57,778 nt of DNA. Source: a virus. Below the pieces are notes generated by a model. It ran no database searches. It had not been told where the DNA came from and saw nothing but the letters and a program-made list of their open reading frames with translations. How positions within the stretch are numbered: position 1 is the first letter of the stretch; every line of letters begins with the position of its first letter. The translations under genes and the position numbers were made by a program. The DNA lies in the IMG/VR virus record IMGVR_UViG_3300034143_000002; one strand, written 5' to 3'. This document shows, in pieces, positions 16,829 through 26,484 of this stretch.

Positions 16829-17668
16829 TTACATCGCGGTCGTTCTACTCACCTCGTTCCAATTCACGCCGTCGCTCACGAACGTCACCACAAAGACCTT
16901 GCCGCTCACTGTGTCGGTGGCAAGGGTTCCTGTCGTCTTAAAGTTCGTGCCAAAGGTGATCGTGTAGGAGGAAGTGCCGGAGGTAGTAACTACGAGCCTG
17001 ATGGTTCGTCCTCCCGTGCCGGTCATGGACGCCGCATTGATGGTGGCGCTCTGTGTCGGCGTATATGGAATGACATCCCCCGCACTCGAAACGGTCGAGA
17101 TATCAACCGGCGTCGTCGTCGCCAGAGCTGAAGTGACCGTGCTTTGCACGGTGGTCGTCGAAACGCTTCCGCCGGTAATCGTGTGCCCGGCGAGCGTAGA
17201 CGGAATATCTGCGTCCACGAGCGCGCGGAACGTAGGCGCAGCGGCTGATCCGGTCGTCGGCCCCGCCCACACTCGATTTGCCGATTGTGTAGCCAAGGTG
17301 ATAGCCAGCGTTCCGCTTGTCGTAATTGGCGAGCCTGCAAGCGAGAAGATATTCGGCAGTGTGGCCGCAACAGATGTGACCGTGCCGCCCGATGCCGCCA
17401 GCGTCCAAGTGTTGGCCGCAGAACAACGGTAGATTCCCGGAGCCTTGATGCCGTCTGTCACAGTCAGGTGAAAAACGTTCGGCCCAGCCGCACCCGTCGG
17501 GTTACAGGTTGAAGGCAGCTTCGGGCCAACCCTCACGATGGCCGAGCGCTGCGCGTCCGATGCGGACTGCGCCTCCACGTTGGGCCGCGAGTTGAAGGCA
17601 ATGACTACCGCCAGCGCCAAGAAAGTGAGCGCAAGCAATAACGTTGATATTTTCTTCATGATTCTCAT
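16829..17668 (-). CDS. Thr/Ser-rich fibre-like protein with N-terminal signal peptide (279 aa)
   Basis: MKKISTLLLALTFLALAVVIAFNSRPNVEA|QS. Also GSPITTSGTLAITLATQSANRVWAGPTTGSAAAPTFRALVDADIP, a fibre-repeat style motif. Confidence 0.6.
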   Translation of the reverse strand: MRIMKKISTLLLALTFLALAVVIAFNSRPNVEAQSASDAQRSAIVRVGPKLPSTCNPTGAAGPNVFHLTVTDGIKAPGIYRCSAANTWTLAASGGTVTSVAATLPNIFSLAGSPITTSGTLAITLATQSANRVWAGPTTGSAAAPTFRALVDADIPSTLAGHTITGGSVSTTTVQSTVTSALATTTPVDISTVSSAGDVIPYTPTQSATINAASMTGTGGRTIRLVVTTSGTSSYTITFGTNFKTTGTLATDTVSGKVFVVTFVSDGVNWNEVSRTTAM

Positions 17669-17708
17669 TTGTCCCTTCAGACAATTTCGACCGGGCTAAA
17701 CCCGTCTC

Positions 17709-18026
17709 TTACTCGATGACTTCAACCGCGTCGCCGAAGCTTGAGCGCAGTTGCTCTTCTGTCTCTTCGTCAACGGGTCTTGAGGTCACACAGTCATCAC
17801 CGAAGTGGGTGCGGCCAAAACCACCGCGCAGTCCCGTGACGCGAAAGCGCTTGCCGCTCTTCACATCCGCCGACGTGATCACCGCCTGCTTCGCTTCGAC
17901 AGTCACCGTGGCCGTCTCCGGCGCAGGGCTATCTTGTGCATCGGCCCGCGATTCCGGCGGACCGGGTAATTGATCGAGCGCCACTACGCCCTGTTTCGTC
18001 TTCAGTCCCATGAATTCCGTCTCCAC
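17709..18026 (-). CDS. Hypothetical protein (105 aa) downstream of capsid gene
   Basis: Position; possible head accessory protein. Confidence 0.45.
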   Translation of the reverse strand: METEFMGLKTKQGVVALDQLPGPPESRADAQDSPAPETATVTVEAKQAVITSADVKSGKRFRVTGLRGGFGRTHFGDDCVTSRPVDEETEEQLRSSFGDAVEVIE

Positions 18027-18086
18027 AAAAGGATTGATTGAAGGCCACGGCGGTCAATGAGCCATGGCCTTCAATCAAATAGCTGC

Positions 18087-19541
18087 CTATTCGCTGATCT
18101 GCGGCACGCGAATCTTGTGCTGGAAGTTCACGGTGTGAACGACCAGACCGTTCATCAGGAACGGCACGAAGACGCGCGAGAGCGTGTTGTTGTAGCCCGG
18201 AGGCAGTTCAAGGATGGTCGGACTGGGACTGATCAGCCACGCCATCGACATGCCCGTCAGGTCAACGACATCAATGTCCTCGACGGTCGTCGGGCCGGCG
18301 ATGTTGTAGTAGCCCATGCCGTTACCCTGCGCGTCGGCAGGCACGCCGATGATCTCGGACAGATACTTGCCGGACAGGCGCAGACCGCCTCCTGAAAGGT
18401 GGAGGTCAACACCACCTTCGGGACGACTGTTGGTTATCCGGTAGAAATCTTCCAACTCGGCATCAATCGCGCCCTCGACCGGCAGAGAGCAGAAGGCAAC
18501 GATGTTGCGTGCAGAACCGCCAGCGTTCCTGATCTTGCGCGCCGCCTTCTTGAGCAGCTCGCGATAGGTATCCCCCCCGGCCTTAGTGGTGCTCGTGCCT
18601 TCGCCCTTCAGTTGCGCACGCAGGCCGTCGAAGGCGTTGGCATCCGTCAGTCCCTCTTCATCGTTGAGCGTCTTCGCAGCCGTGCTCTTGTTGCCCTGAA
18701 GAATGAGGGTCTGGTTCTTCTTCGCGATGGAGGTCACTGCGCCCACGACTTCGAGGTTATTGCTCCCCGACAGGTCGAAGTTGACCATACCCGATTGCTC
18801 GACCGCCGCCGCCAGCTTCATGCCGATGCCGGTCGGCGAAACGATGATCGCGATAGGCGCACTGTCTGTGCCGAAGGTCGAATTGGAGAATGCGCCGGAG
18901 AAATCGCCCAGCGAGTTGGTCGTCTGCGCGCCGGGGATGGCCGTGCGCTTCGAGTAGGAGTGCGAGACGCCGTTGGAGCGGATGCGCTGGATGCGCTCGG
19001 CCACGGTGAACTCGCGCAGATAGATTTCCCAGAGCATCTGCTCAAGGTCGGTGCGAACCAGCGGGCCGCCGGAGCCGCCGCCCACGTCGAGGGTCTTGCG
19101 CACGGCCAGCGAGTCAGTGCCGAAAAGACCCTTGCCCGCCGCTTCGTAGAGCTTCAGGCCGCCGTGGTCATTCGTGACCGGTTGCGCGTCCTCAATCTCG
19201 CGGCCATCTTTCGCGAGCAGCACGCGGCACATCGTTTCCAGATCGTGATCCTGTACTACGTAATGACCACTCGCGTTCTTCGCTCTGATAAATGCGCGCG
19301 GGTCGTCCATGACACGGTCGGCGGACAGATGGCGGAACTCCTTGCGTTCGCGTGCCAACGTCTCAAAATTCTTCTGGAGCAGCGTCTTTGAAGCCTGCTG
19401 TATTTCCTCATCCGTCTTGCCGGTCGCGGCGGGCGGATTCGCCGGATTGGTGGCGGCCTGTGCGGCAGCGCCGCTGGCCAGTCTCTTTGTGATTGCCTCA
19501 AGACGCTCCAGCGTCGAGGGCTGTGTGTTCTCTTCTCCCAT
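18087..19541 (-). CDS. Major capsid protein (484 aa)
   Basis: Follows the protease/scaffold gene. Helical N-terminal region, then a capsid-sized body. Antisense 330-aa ORF judged a shadow. Confidence 0.8.
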   Translation of the reverse strand: MGEENTQPSTLERLEAITKRLASGAAAQAATNPANPPAATGKTDEEIQQASKTLLQKNFETLARERKEFRHLSADRVMDDPRAFIRAKNASGHYVVQDHDLETMCRVLLAKDGREIEDAQPVTNDHGGLKLYEAAGKGLFGTDSLAVRKTLDVGGGSGGPLVRTDLEQMLWEIYLREFTVAERIQRIRSNGVSHSYSKRTAIPGAQTTNSLGDFSGAFSNSTFGTDSAPIAIIVSPTGIGMKLAAAVEQSGMVNFDLSGSNNLEVVGAVTSIAKKNQTLILQGNKSTAAKTLNDEEGLTDANAFDGLRAQLKGEGTSTTKAGGDTYRELLKKAARKIRNAGGSARNIVAFCSLPVEGAIDAELEDFYRITNSRPEGGVDLHLSGGGLRLSGKYLSEIIGVPADAQGNGMGYYNIAGPTTVEDIDVVDLTGMSMAWLISPSPTILELPPGYNNTLSRVFVPFLMNGLVVHTVNFQHKIRVPQISE

Positions 19542-19601
19542 GATTAGCGTCAGTCTCCTTAAAAAGATTTTTCTGGTTTTCTGGTTTCAGTCTTCTCTCG
19601 G

Positions 19602-20990
19602 CTAGCCGACGCTAAGCGTGCCCGCGCGCGGCAGAGGCTGGAGGCTGTAATCCTCAAGCGCCTTCACGGCGACCTCGCTCGTAGCTTTTTCTAGCTCAAG
19701 CAATTCCGCAGCTTTCTCCGCCGCATCGAGCGCGGATGCGAGCTGCTGTGTCAATTCGGCCTTCTCTAACTCCAGAGCGGCCATCTTCGTTTCCAACTCG
19801 GCGGCTTTTGTTACGGCTTCGGCGCTCGCGGCGACTGACGCGCTCTTCATGGCTTCGTCGCCCTCGGCTTCCTTATGCGTGCATGCCGCACCGGCTTCGA
19901 CGAGGCAGTCGTGCGCCTTGTCGAGCAATCCCTGATCGGCACCGCTGTTGCGCGCTCCCGCCTTGTGCGAGAGCCCGATCACGCGCGAGACCGCGTCGTA
20001 GTAGTACCAATCGTCGTAGTAGGACGAAGTGCCCTTTTCGGCAGCTTCGGCAATCTCTTCCGCGATCCACGCCTTCATCGTCGCGGCGAACTCGTCCACG
20101 GACGTGTTGGCTTCCGTGACCAGCTCCGCCTGCGCTGCGGCATCCTTGCCGCGCGCCTCGCGACGGAGCCGCGAAACAACCGACGAAAGCGAATCAACGT
20201 ACATATAGAAGTTGTTCTGCTTGTCGTTGAGCACGTCGGCGAACATCGCCTTCGCGGCGCTCGCGCCCGGCTGTGCAGATTTGTTGTTTTCGGCACCCGT
20301 TATTTCCGCCATTACAGTCTCCTTAAAAGATTTTGCGGTCTGCACCCATGCCGTCTGATTGCAGGGAATGCCGACCATCGAGGATTCGATATAAAAGACT
20401 TTGGTGATCGTGCGACCGCCGTCCGCGCGCTTCTTCCATTCGAGAATGAGGACGGTGACGGAGACACCCAGCTTCAGCTTCGACTTCTGAAGCATGTTGG
20501 TGATCTGCACGGCGCGCGGGTTCTCGTCCGCACCCACCGGCGTGATCGAGAGATCAAGGCAGGAGAGCAGTTCATCCTGGCCCGCGATGGGGCTATATTC
20601 CTTGCGCCTGACGATCTCTGCACCGGCAACCTTCCCGTAGACATCCTCCGGCACGTCGTATTCATGATTGAGGAAGATCGTGGTGCCGACAGCTGCGGCC
20701 TTCATCTGCTCGATGGCTGAGAGGTCGAAGTCATCGCCGGATAGATCAATGGCGGTTGAGGAGGCTGTGACCGGAATCGTGCCGTCGGCGCTGGCGCTCT
20801 TAAACTTCGGAACATCGGTCGAGAAGAACTTGGCAACTGGATAACCGAGAGATTTCAGGAGCTTTCCGGCGCTCTTTTTCTGCGCCTTAGCCTCACGAAA
20901 AACGGCCTGCAAATCGAAGTCTTTGACCTCGAAATCAGGCGTCCAGCGAGGAATGGCCGTCGTGTGCTTATCTTCCGTCTCTTCGCTCAT
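19602..20990 (-). CDS. Prohead protease fused to scaffold-like coiled coil
   Basis: GTTIFLNHEYDVPEDVYGKV resembles the HK97-family protease motif. C-terminal AAELETKMAALELEKAELTQQLASALDAAEKAAELLELEK is coiled coil. Confidence 0.65.
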   Translation of the reverse strand: MSEETEDKHTTAIPRWTPDFEVKDFDLQAVFREAKAQKKSAGKLLKSLGYPVAKFFSTDVPKFKSASADGTIPVTASSTAIDLSGDDFDLSAIEQMKAAAVGTTIFLNHEYDVPEDVYGKVAGAEIVRRKEYSPIAGQDELLSCLDLSITPVGADENPRAVQITNMLQKSKLKLGVSVTVLILEWKKRADGGRTITKVFYIESSMVGIPCNQTAWVQTAKSFKETVMAEITGAENNKSAQPGASAAKAMFADVLNDKQNNFYMYVDSLSSVVSRLRREARGKDAAAQAELVTEANTSVDEFAATMKAWIAEEIAEAAEKGTSSYYDDWYYYDAVSRVIGLSHKAGARNSGADQGLLDKAHDCLVEAGAACTHKEAEGDEAMKSASVAASAEAVTKAAELETKMAALELEKAELTQQLASALDAAEKAAELLELEKATSEVAVKALEDYSLQPLPRAGTLSVG

Positions 20991-21021
20991 CCGGTTATCG
21001 GCGTGTCGTTTGTGTGACCAA

Positions 21022-21072
21022 AGGGCTCCCGAGCATAAGCACGCTCACGGGCGCTCGTTGTCCGGGAGCCCT
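21022..21072 (-). other. 10-bp-stem hairpin in the leader of the head operon
   Basis: AGGGCTCCCG (21022-21031) pairs with CGGGAGCCCT (21063-21072). Lies between the motif copy and the protease start (20990). Confidence 0.5.
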
Positions 21073-21110
21073 CTCCCTGCCCCATCGGAAGAAGAGACTA
21101 AACTGGAATG

Positions 21111-21139
21111 AAATTTAATTTTTGGGGGGTGTGAGTAAG
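21111..21139. promoter_or_regulatory. Module-boundary motif copy (upstream of head operon)
   Basis: AAATTTAATTTTTGGGGGGTGTGAGTAAG. Confidence 0.6.
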
Positions 21140-21192
21140 ACGCAGGAGTGAAAATTAATTTATAATCGTAATAATCAACTGCGGGAGGAAAA

Positions 21193-21402
21193 ATGCGAGT
21201 AGATATAGACGGTATAAGATACGTTCCTGAATCGCAGGATTCTGATGCTCAGGAGTTGAATGCTCTAAGACAGGAGCGCGAAGATGTTATGAAATTGCTT
21301 CGCAGGGTTTGTGAGGAGCATGGTGACAACAATTGGCCTGACGACCTGCATCTGTATGATGTTCTTGTGAAGCACCTCTTTATCCACTTGGATATAGAGT
21401 AG
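21193..21402 (+). CDS. Hypothetical protein (69 aa), opposite strand
   Basis: GGGAGG RBS before the ATG. Acidic small protein, convergent with 21413..21739. Confidence 0.45.
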   Translation: MRVDIDGIRYVPESQDSDAQELNALRQEREDVMKLLRRVCEEHGDNNWPDDLHLYDVLVKHLFIHLDIE

Positions 21403-21412
21403 TGACGTTCAA

Positions 21413-21739
21413 TTAATGAAGACCTCTAATCCTTCTTGGCCCGTCGGGATTACTCGGCGGCGAATTCTTTTTGAAACTGAAGTAAAGTATGACTGCGCTG
21501 TCAATCGAACTCCTGAATGTCAATACGAACCAACCTGCTTCCCTATAGCGGCGCATCATCTCACGTATCCCCGGATTGCTCAGATCAGCAGGGAGAATAT
21601 AGGGGACGCTATCTTCTGGCGTATAGTTGAGCTGAAGATGAAGATCAATCTCATCCTCAAGATCATCGAGGCGTGCCTCTTCGTCAGCAGAGACAGCCCT
21701 CTTCATTAATTCCAGAATTGTGCCGGGTGAAATAGCCAT
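21413..21739 (-). CDS. Hypothetical protein (108 aa)
   Basis: ORF track only. Confidence 0.45.
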   Translation of the reverse strand: MAISPGTILELMKRAVSADEEARLDDLEDEIDLHLQLNYTPEDSVPYILPADLSNPGIREMMRRYREAGWFVLTFRSSIDSAVILYFSFKKNSPPSNPDGPRRIRGLH

Positions 21740-21856
21740 CGCCTCCGTCTCAGTTAAAAACCGAAATATATACTGGCCTCATAGTTAATCATAGATTCAT
21801 ATGATTTTATGATTTCAATTTAATCACCTATCGAGCTGGCCCCCTCATAATCTTGA

Positions 21857-22024
21857 TTAATTGAGGCTAATGGACATCCAGAGACGTTCATCAACGATCT
21901 GCTCAACGCTCATTTCGCTTCGACAGTCGCCACAATCGCAGACATAGCCGGTTTTCCATGCAATCTCCTGCATCGCACCGCACACTCGGCAGTAGAGTTT
22001 AAGTCTCCGAAACCCGTTGCTCAT
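21857..22024 (-). CDS. Small zinc-ribbon protein (55 aa)
   Basis: ORF track 21857..22198 overlaps the portal gene. Internal ATG 22024 follows AAGGGAG. CRVCG...CDCGDC. Confidence 0.4.
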   Translation of the reverse strand: MSNGFRRLKLYCRVCGAMQEIAWKTGYVCDCGDCRSEMSVEQIVDERLWMSISLN

Positions 22025-23432
22025 CTCCCTTGTCTTTAGCGGATTCACCATTGCCATCATCTTTGCCGCTTCCATTATTCTGCACCTCCGGTTCACGCAG
22101 TTTATCACCATCGAAGTACTGTGCGTTGATGACTGAAAGAGGTATAGGCCCCGCAGAGGTAGGGACAAGTATCTCGTCTGCCGCAGGCATCTGCTCAATC
22201 GCGGGCAGCCCCGCTGCGCGACGTGCCTCGTTTGTGCTTAACCACGCACCGCTACCGGTTTGAATCTGCGTGACCTCTGCGGTCTGCTTCTCGTCACGAC
22301 GAGACATGATTGGGTACGAGAGCATAAGGTTATGCTCTTTGTACCTTCCGAACTTGCGCACGATCTTCGCATTCTCCAGATCGAGTATGCGCTTCAGAAG
22401 TGCGCCAGGCCCCTCCATCGAGTTCGCGAGCATGGCCTCCGTGTTGGCTCGCGAAGAGTCAACCATCTCACCGAGCATCGCCAGCGGCAGTTGGAAGATG
22501 GCCGCGACGAGGCGCTTAAAATAGAGCTGTTTATCGAGCAGCTTGATCTCGCGCTCGGTCGCATCGAAGCGCAGGAACTTCGGGTCTTTCAATCCCCCTG
22601 CGATGGCGAAGGCTTTACGTACCGCCTGGATCTCCTGGCGCATCGCGTCTACCTGCGGCTTGTTGACCCCCTCGCCAAGGTTCAGGAGCCCGCCGGGCGT
22701 GCGATCAATGACCTGCTGCAAGAGCACGTCATCACCTTCGAGAAGAGCGCGCACGGCCAAGTCTAAGGTCTCCACATGCGATAGTCCGAGGTCGTCATAC
22801 GACATCGGACGATTGACCAGTACCATGGCCATCTGGTCAGGCAGCCAGCGCTTGACCGTGCTGCCCGAGGCGTCCTTCATCTCAGCGTAGCGCGGCAGTG
22901 TCTGGTCAGTTCCGTCCCAGCCTTGCACTAAGGCGATCTTACCGGCGTCGAGCGGCCAGAGCTGGTAGGGTGTGCCGTTTCGACGGATGACCTTCTCAAT
23001 GGCTCCGTGCCCGATGACGAGATAGTCTTCGACGAACTTCTCTTTGATGACGCTGTAAGAATCCCCCGTCGTGTTCGGCTCATTGAGCAGCTCTTCGATC
23101 AAAGCTTCGACGCTCGTATTGACCGGCTTTTTTAAGTCGTATGGGACGATCTGCCAATCGGCCCGCGCGACCGTATCCCGGTAGATGTCGAGCGCCGCGC
23201 GGACGACCGGTGAGTATTGGGAATAATTACGAAGCCGTCTGACGCTGCGCTTCTTGAAGAGGCGCGCCGTCGTGTCTTTGCCAGTACTCACCAGCGCGAC
23301 CGCCCCTGACGAGGAGTCGAAGCCATCGCCGACGCTATGATCTCGAAGCGACTTATTGGCCCTTTCTCTAGCCGTCAGAGACGGGATACCTTGCGCTAAT
23401 GCGCTTTTTACAATCGAACTTAATCTACTCAT
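21999..23432 (-). CDS. Portal protein (477 aa)
   Basis: Size and position between terminase and protease; acidic C-terminus. Confidence 0.8.
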   Translation of the reverse strand: MSRLSSIVKSALAQGIPSLTARERANKSLRDHSVGDGFDSSSGAVALVSTGKDTTARLFKKRSVRRLRNYSQYSPVVRAALDIYRDTVARADWQIVPYDLKKPVNTSVEALIEELLNEPNTTGDSYSVIKEKFVEDYLVIGHGAIEKVIRRNGTPYQLWPLDAGKIALVQGWDGTDQTLPRYAEMKDASGSTVKRWLPDQMAMVLVNRPMSYDDLGLSHVETLDLAVRALLEGDDVLLQQVIDRTPGGLLNLGEGVNKPQVDAMRQEIQAVRKAFAIAGGLKDPKFLRFDATEREIKLLDKQLYFKRLVAAIFQLPLAMLGEMVDSSRANTEAMLANSMEGPGALLKRILDLENAKIVRKFGRYKEHNLMLSYPIMSRRDEKQTAEVTQIQTGSGAWLSTNEARRAAGLPAIEQMPAADEILVPTSAGPIPLSVINAQYFDGDKLREPEVQNNGSGKDDGNGESAKDKGDEQRVSET

Positions 23433-23677
23433 TTGTTACCCCGTCGCTCGAAGATCATCCTTGCCGGCAAGGTGGCGAAATAAATAAAGAGATGCCATAG
23501 CAGCAAGCTCATGCTGTAGGGCCATATCAGAATCGCCACTGCTATTTGACGGTCGGAGGGAGGCTCTGTCTGCCCCTCAAGGCGCGCACCCAGCGCGCAC
23601 AAGCAAGAACTGCCGATTCCTAAACATATATAGGCCGCTATGATGGCTGCGATTAAGATTGCCAATTTAAGCATCAT
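23429..23677 (-). CDS. Small membrane protein (82 aa, 2-3 TM)
   Basis: LAILIAAIIAAYICLGIG and VAILIWPYSMSLLLWHLFIYFATL; overlaps neighbours. Confidence 0.5.
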   Translation of the reverse strand: MMLKLAILIAAIIAAYICLGIGSSCLCALGARLEGQTEPPSDRQIAVAILIWPYSMSLLLWHLFIYFATLPARMIFERRGNK

Positions 23678-23940
23678 TAAAATCCTCGAAGATGGTCATT
23701 GATCATCCGATTGTGTATCCGCCTGAGATAGCTCCCGGTATTCTCGTCGGCGACTGCCCGCGAAAACTGCGCGAAGGTAATTTCAGACAGGGCTGCTGCG
23801 CTTCCTCTCAGCTCATCCTCGCCGCCGAGTTGCGCGACCATAAAGCCCGGAACCATATGGTCGCCGTCGGCAAAGCGCATCCTGACGGGCTGCTCGACCG
23901 CTGTGCTCAAGCTGAAATAGATTTCATTGGCTTCAGCCAT
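23677..23940 (-). CDS. Hypothetical protein (87 aa)
   Basis: ORF track; packed between neighbours. Confidence 0.45.
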   Translation of the reverse strand: MAEANEIYFSLSTAVEQPVRMRFADGDHMVPGFMVAQLGGEDELRGSAAALSEITFAQFSRAVADENTGSYLRRIHNRMINDHLRGF

Positions 23941-23944
23941 GTAT

Positions 23945-24205
23945 TTATGCCTCCGCTATGCGAACCCAACCCCTCTCGCGCATCGCCTCTTTATCCAGTC
24001 GCTCAAACACGCTCAAGGAATCATACGATGATGGCACACCGATAATTACTAGATCGGTGATCCCCTGCTCGCCAAAGTGCTCTTTGAGTTGCGCCGCCAC
24101 ATTCTCAAATTGAGAGAGAGGGAGGGTGAGGTGAATTATCAGCACGTCTCCGCTTTTGACAGAGATTGCTTCATTGATGATGACGTTTATTTTCTCTTCA
24201 GCCAT
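23945..24205 (-). CDS. Hypothetical protein (86 aa)
   Basis: 8-nt overlap with the terminase large subunit end. Confidence 0.45.
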   Translation of the reverse strand: MAEEKINVIINEAISVKSGDVLIIHLTLPLSQFENVAAQLKEHFGEQGITDLVIIGVPSSYDSLSVFERLDKEAMRERGWVRIAEA

Positions 24206-26009
24206 TTTTCTGCACCCTCGCCAGGATTGCCTTCATGCCAGTCTGCGACGGCGCGCTCACGCCGCTCGTGCTGCCGACCGTAATCACGACGTTGTTGAAA
24301 AGGAAGTCCGGCGAGATCGCCAGCACGAAGCCGTCGCCGTCGTCGGGGGAGCGATGTTTACGTTTTCTGAACCCCTCAACTTTAGGCTCTAAAATCTTGC
24401 AGTCCTTCCCGGATTTGTTGCGCCACTTGAATTCGCGCTCACAGAGATCTTCTTCCAGCGCCGGCGGCGGCGAGACCACCCTCAGAGTCTTCAGCGTCTC
24501 CGCTGCCTCCGCATACATTTCGGTGACGAGGTTGTAGAATTTATCGCTATAGGATGAGCCGCCGAAGTGAACTTCATAGACCTGATAATCCGGGAATGCC
24601 TCAATGAGCTCGTCGTCCGTTTTCAATCCGTCAATAACGCCACTGCCGTAGCCGGCGTCGACGCGGATGTGCAAGGAAGTGACTCCCTCCTCTTTGAGAG
24701 CGAGAGCGACTTTCCTGATCGCCGCGATGTAGTCCGGTGTCTCCTGTTGCAGTAAATCACACGCGCACCATGCCAGGTTATTCCAATTCACGTAGACTGT
24801 TCCCTTATCCGAGCCGAAACGCGCAGCGTCGACACCAATGCGCGCTCTCGTCCTATCTCCCTCGACATGTGGACGCTTGGTGGCCGCTTCGTAGCGCCCG
24901 ACAGGAATTAACGTCTTGTCCGAGCTGTTAGGCGGCGTGATGCCGAGCACGTCCGTCATGAAGCGCGAGTTCGGCAGAAAGATCGTGCCCGCCGGACAGG
25001 GCACGCCCGCAACAATCACGTCATACGGAAGCTCGAACGTGAAATCGTCCTCCGAATGCTCATTGACGATCTGACAATCCTTCTCAAGCTTCCTTTCAAC
25101 GAAGTCGCGCTTAACCGCTCCCGGGATGATCTCTTTGCCTGCAACCACGTTCGGGTGATAAAGCGTTGAAACACGGAATGATTGAACGTAGGAGCGCGCC
25201 TTGCACCGGTGGAACATCGAGGCGCGACTCTTCGGGTTGGCGAACATGAGGACGAGCGAGTTGCCGCCCGATGTCATCGTCTCGATGGAGTCGAAGACGG
25301 TATCGCCGACGCCGTCGGCCTCGTCAATCAGGAACAACTGAAAAGCTTCGTGCTTTCCCTTGGTGCGCTCCTCTCCCTTGCCCAGGCCCTCGCTCACGGT
25401 ACGGTGCGCGGCGAAATGCTTGGCCGTGATCTTAATCTCTTTTTCGAGGATGCGGCCTGGAAGTCCCTTGCCCTCGCGGTCGCCTCGTATCTCCGACCAC
25501 AGGCCGAAGCGCGCCTGGTCGCCGCCGGGAGCGAAAGTGAAGATCGCTGATGGGGTAAAGCAGTCTAGGAACCAATTCAAATCGCCGGACGCGGTTTTAG
25601 TTTTGCCAATACCGTTGCCTGATTCAACGCGAATCCAGTTTTTAATAATTTCGCCGGGCTTCCAACAGGTCAACTCCTCTTCCGATAATTCACCCTTTTC
25701 AAACTTATCCTTCTCTTCCTGCTGGCGCATGACGCGCGCGCACGCTTCAAGGATTTCGACTTGTCCCGGGTGATCGGCATCCATCCCTTTCCAGGGCGTC
25801 CAGCCCAGGAACTTCGGGATGTATTCGACAGGCTTGAATCTATATGGAAGGAAACGGTCGGTCTGCGCAGCGGGCCCGTAGAGACGCAACGCGGACTGTG
25901 CCGCCGCAGTTCTTTCCGGGCCGGGCGGCATCAGTGCTATGCGTTGCCTCACTGCATCCGGGCTAAGCATCAGAAGTAACAGGAGTAGGAAGCTCATCAC
26001 GAGAGACAC
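24198..26009 (-). CDS. terL: Terminase large subunit
   Basis: Walker A ESGNGIGKTKTAS, Walker B FQLFLIDEADGV, nuclease-sized C-terminal half. The true start may be the internal Met (MPPGPERT, ~25931). Confidence 0.9.
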   Translation of the reverse strand: MSLVMSFLLLLLLMLSPDAVRQRIALMPPGPERTAAAQSALRLYGPAAQTDRFLPYRFKPVEYIPKFLGWTPWKGMDADHPGQVEILEACARVMRQQEEKDKFEKGELSEEELTCWKPGEIIKNWIRVESGNGIGKTKTASGDLNWFLDCFTPSAIFTFAPGGDQARFGLWSEIRGDREGKGLPGRILEKEIKITAKHFAAHRTVSEGLGKGEERTKGKHEAFQLFLIDEADGVGDTVFDSIETMTSGGNSLVLMFANPKSRASMFHRCKARSYVQSFRVSTLYHPNVVAGKEIIPGAVKRDFVERKLEKDCQIVNEHSEDDFTFELPYDVIVAGVPCPAGTIFLPNSRFMTDVLGITPPNSSDKTLIPVGRYEAATKRPHVEGDRTRARIGVDAARFGSDKGTVYVNWNNLAWCACDLLQQETPDYIAAIRKVALALKEEGVTSLHIRVDAGYGSGVIDGLKTDDELIEAFPDYQVYEVHFGGSSYSDKFYNLVTEMYAEAAETLKTLRVVSPPPALEEDLCEREFKWRNKSGKDCKILEPKVEGFRKRKHRSPDDGDGFVLAISPDFLFNNVVITVGSTSGVSAPSQTGMKAILARVQKNG

Positions 26010-26484
26010 CCAATAACTTTGAAAGCAATTCTAAATCGTCGACTTTATGGTCAACTTTCTGGCGGCGCCCACCCGTCTCTTTCGCGAGGTCGTCAAGGAC
26101 GCCTCTGAAAGCCTGCACCTCCGGGGAGTTGAATACTTCAAACTCGACTTTCTTTTGGTTCTTACCCGTGCCGATGATCTTGACATCATCAACGTACAGC
26201 ATGTTTTCGCCGAGCAGTTCTTCTTCCATCTTTTCGGCGAGCATAGTGAGTGCTTCGACGCGGCGCTCTACCAAAGCAAATCCCCGTTTGAGCGCGCTCT
26301 GTTCCGACGCCTGCTCCAACTCCTCAATCTTTACTCCGAGTCGTTTGCGGTAGAAATCCACCTGCTGGCGAGAGACCTGGTAAGACGGACGGAACTTCTT
26401 CGCGGCTGCGTTGATCTCATCAGTGCGCATCCCTGCGGAGACTAATTCTTTCAGGTGCTCTTTTTGTTTTAGCCCGAGCCTCAT
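25963..26484 (-). CDS. Terminase small subunit candidate (173 aa)
   Basis: Directly upstream of terL. N-terminal HTH-like segment and coiled coil; synteny call. Confidence 0.5.
   Translation of the reverse strand: MRLGLKQKEHLKELVSAGMRTDEINAAAKKFRPSYQVSRQQVDFYRKRLGVKIEELEQASEQSALKRGFALVERRVEALTMLAEKMEEELLGENMLYVDDVKIIGTGKNQKKVEFEVFNSPEVQAFRGVLDDLAKETGGRRQKVDHKVDDLELLSKLLGVSRDELPTPVTSDA

Noticed and set aside
18399-20720. 330-aa and 281-aa plus-strand ORFs (18399..19391, 19875..20720)
   Set aside because: They are antisense to the major capsid and protease/scaffold genes, with Arg-rich low-complexity translations and no RBS context.
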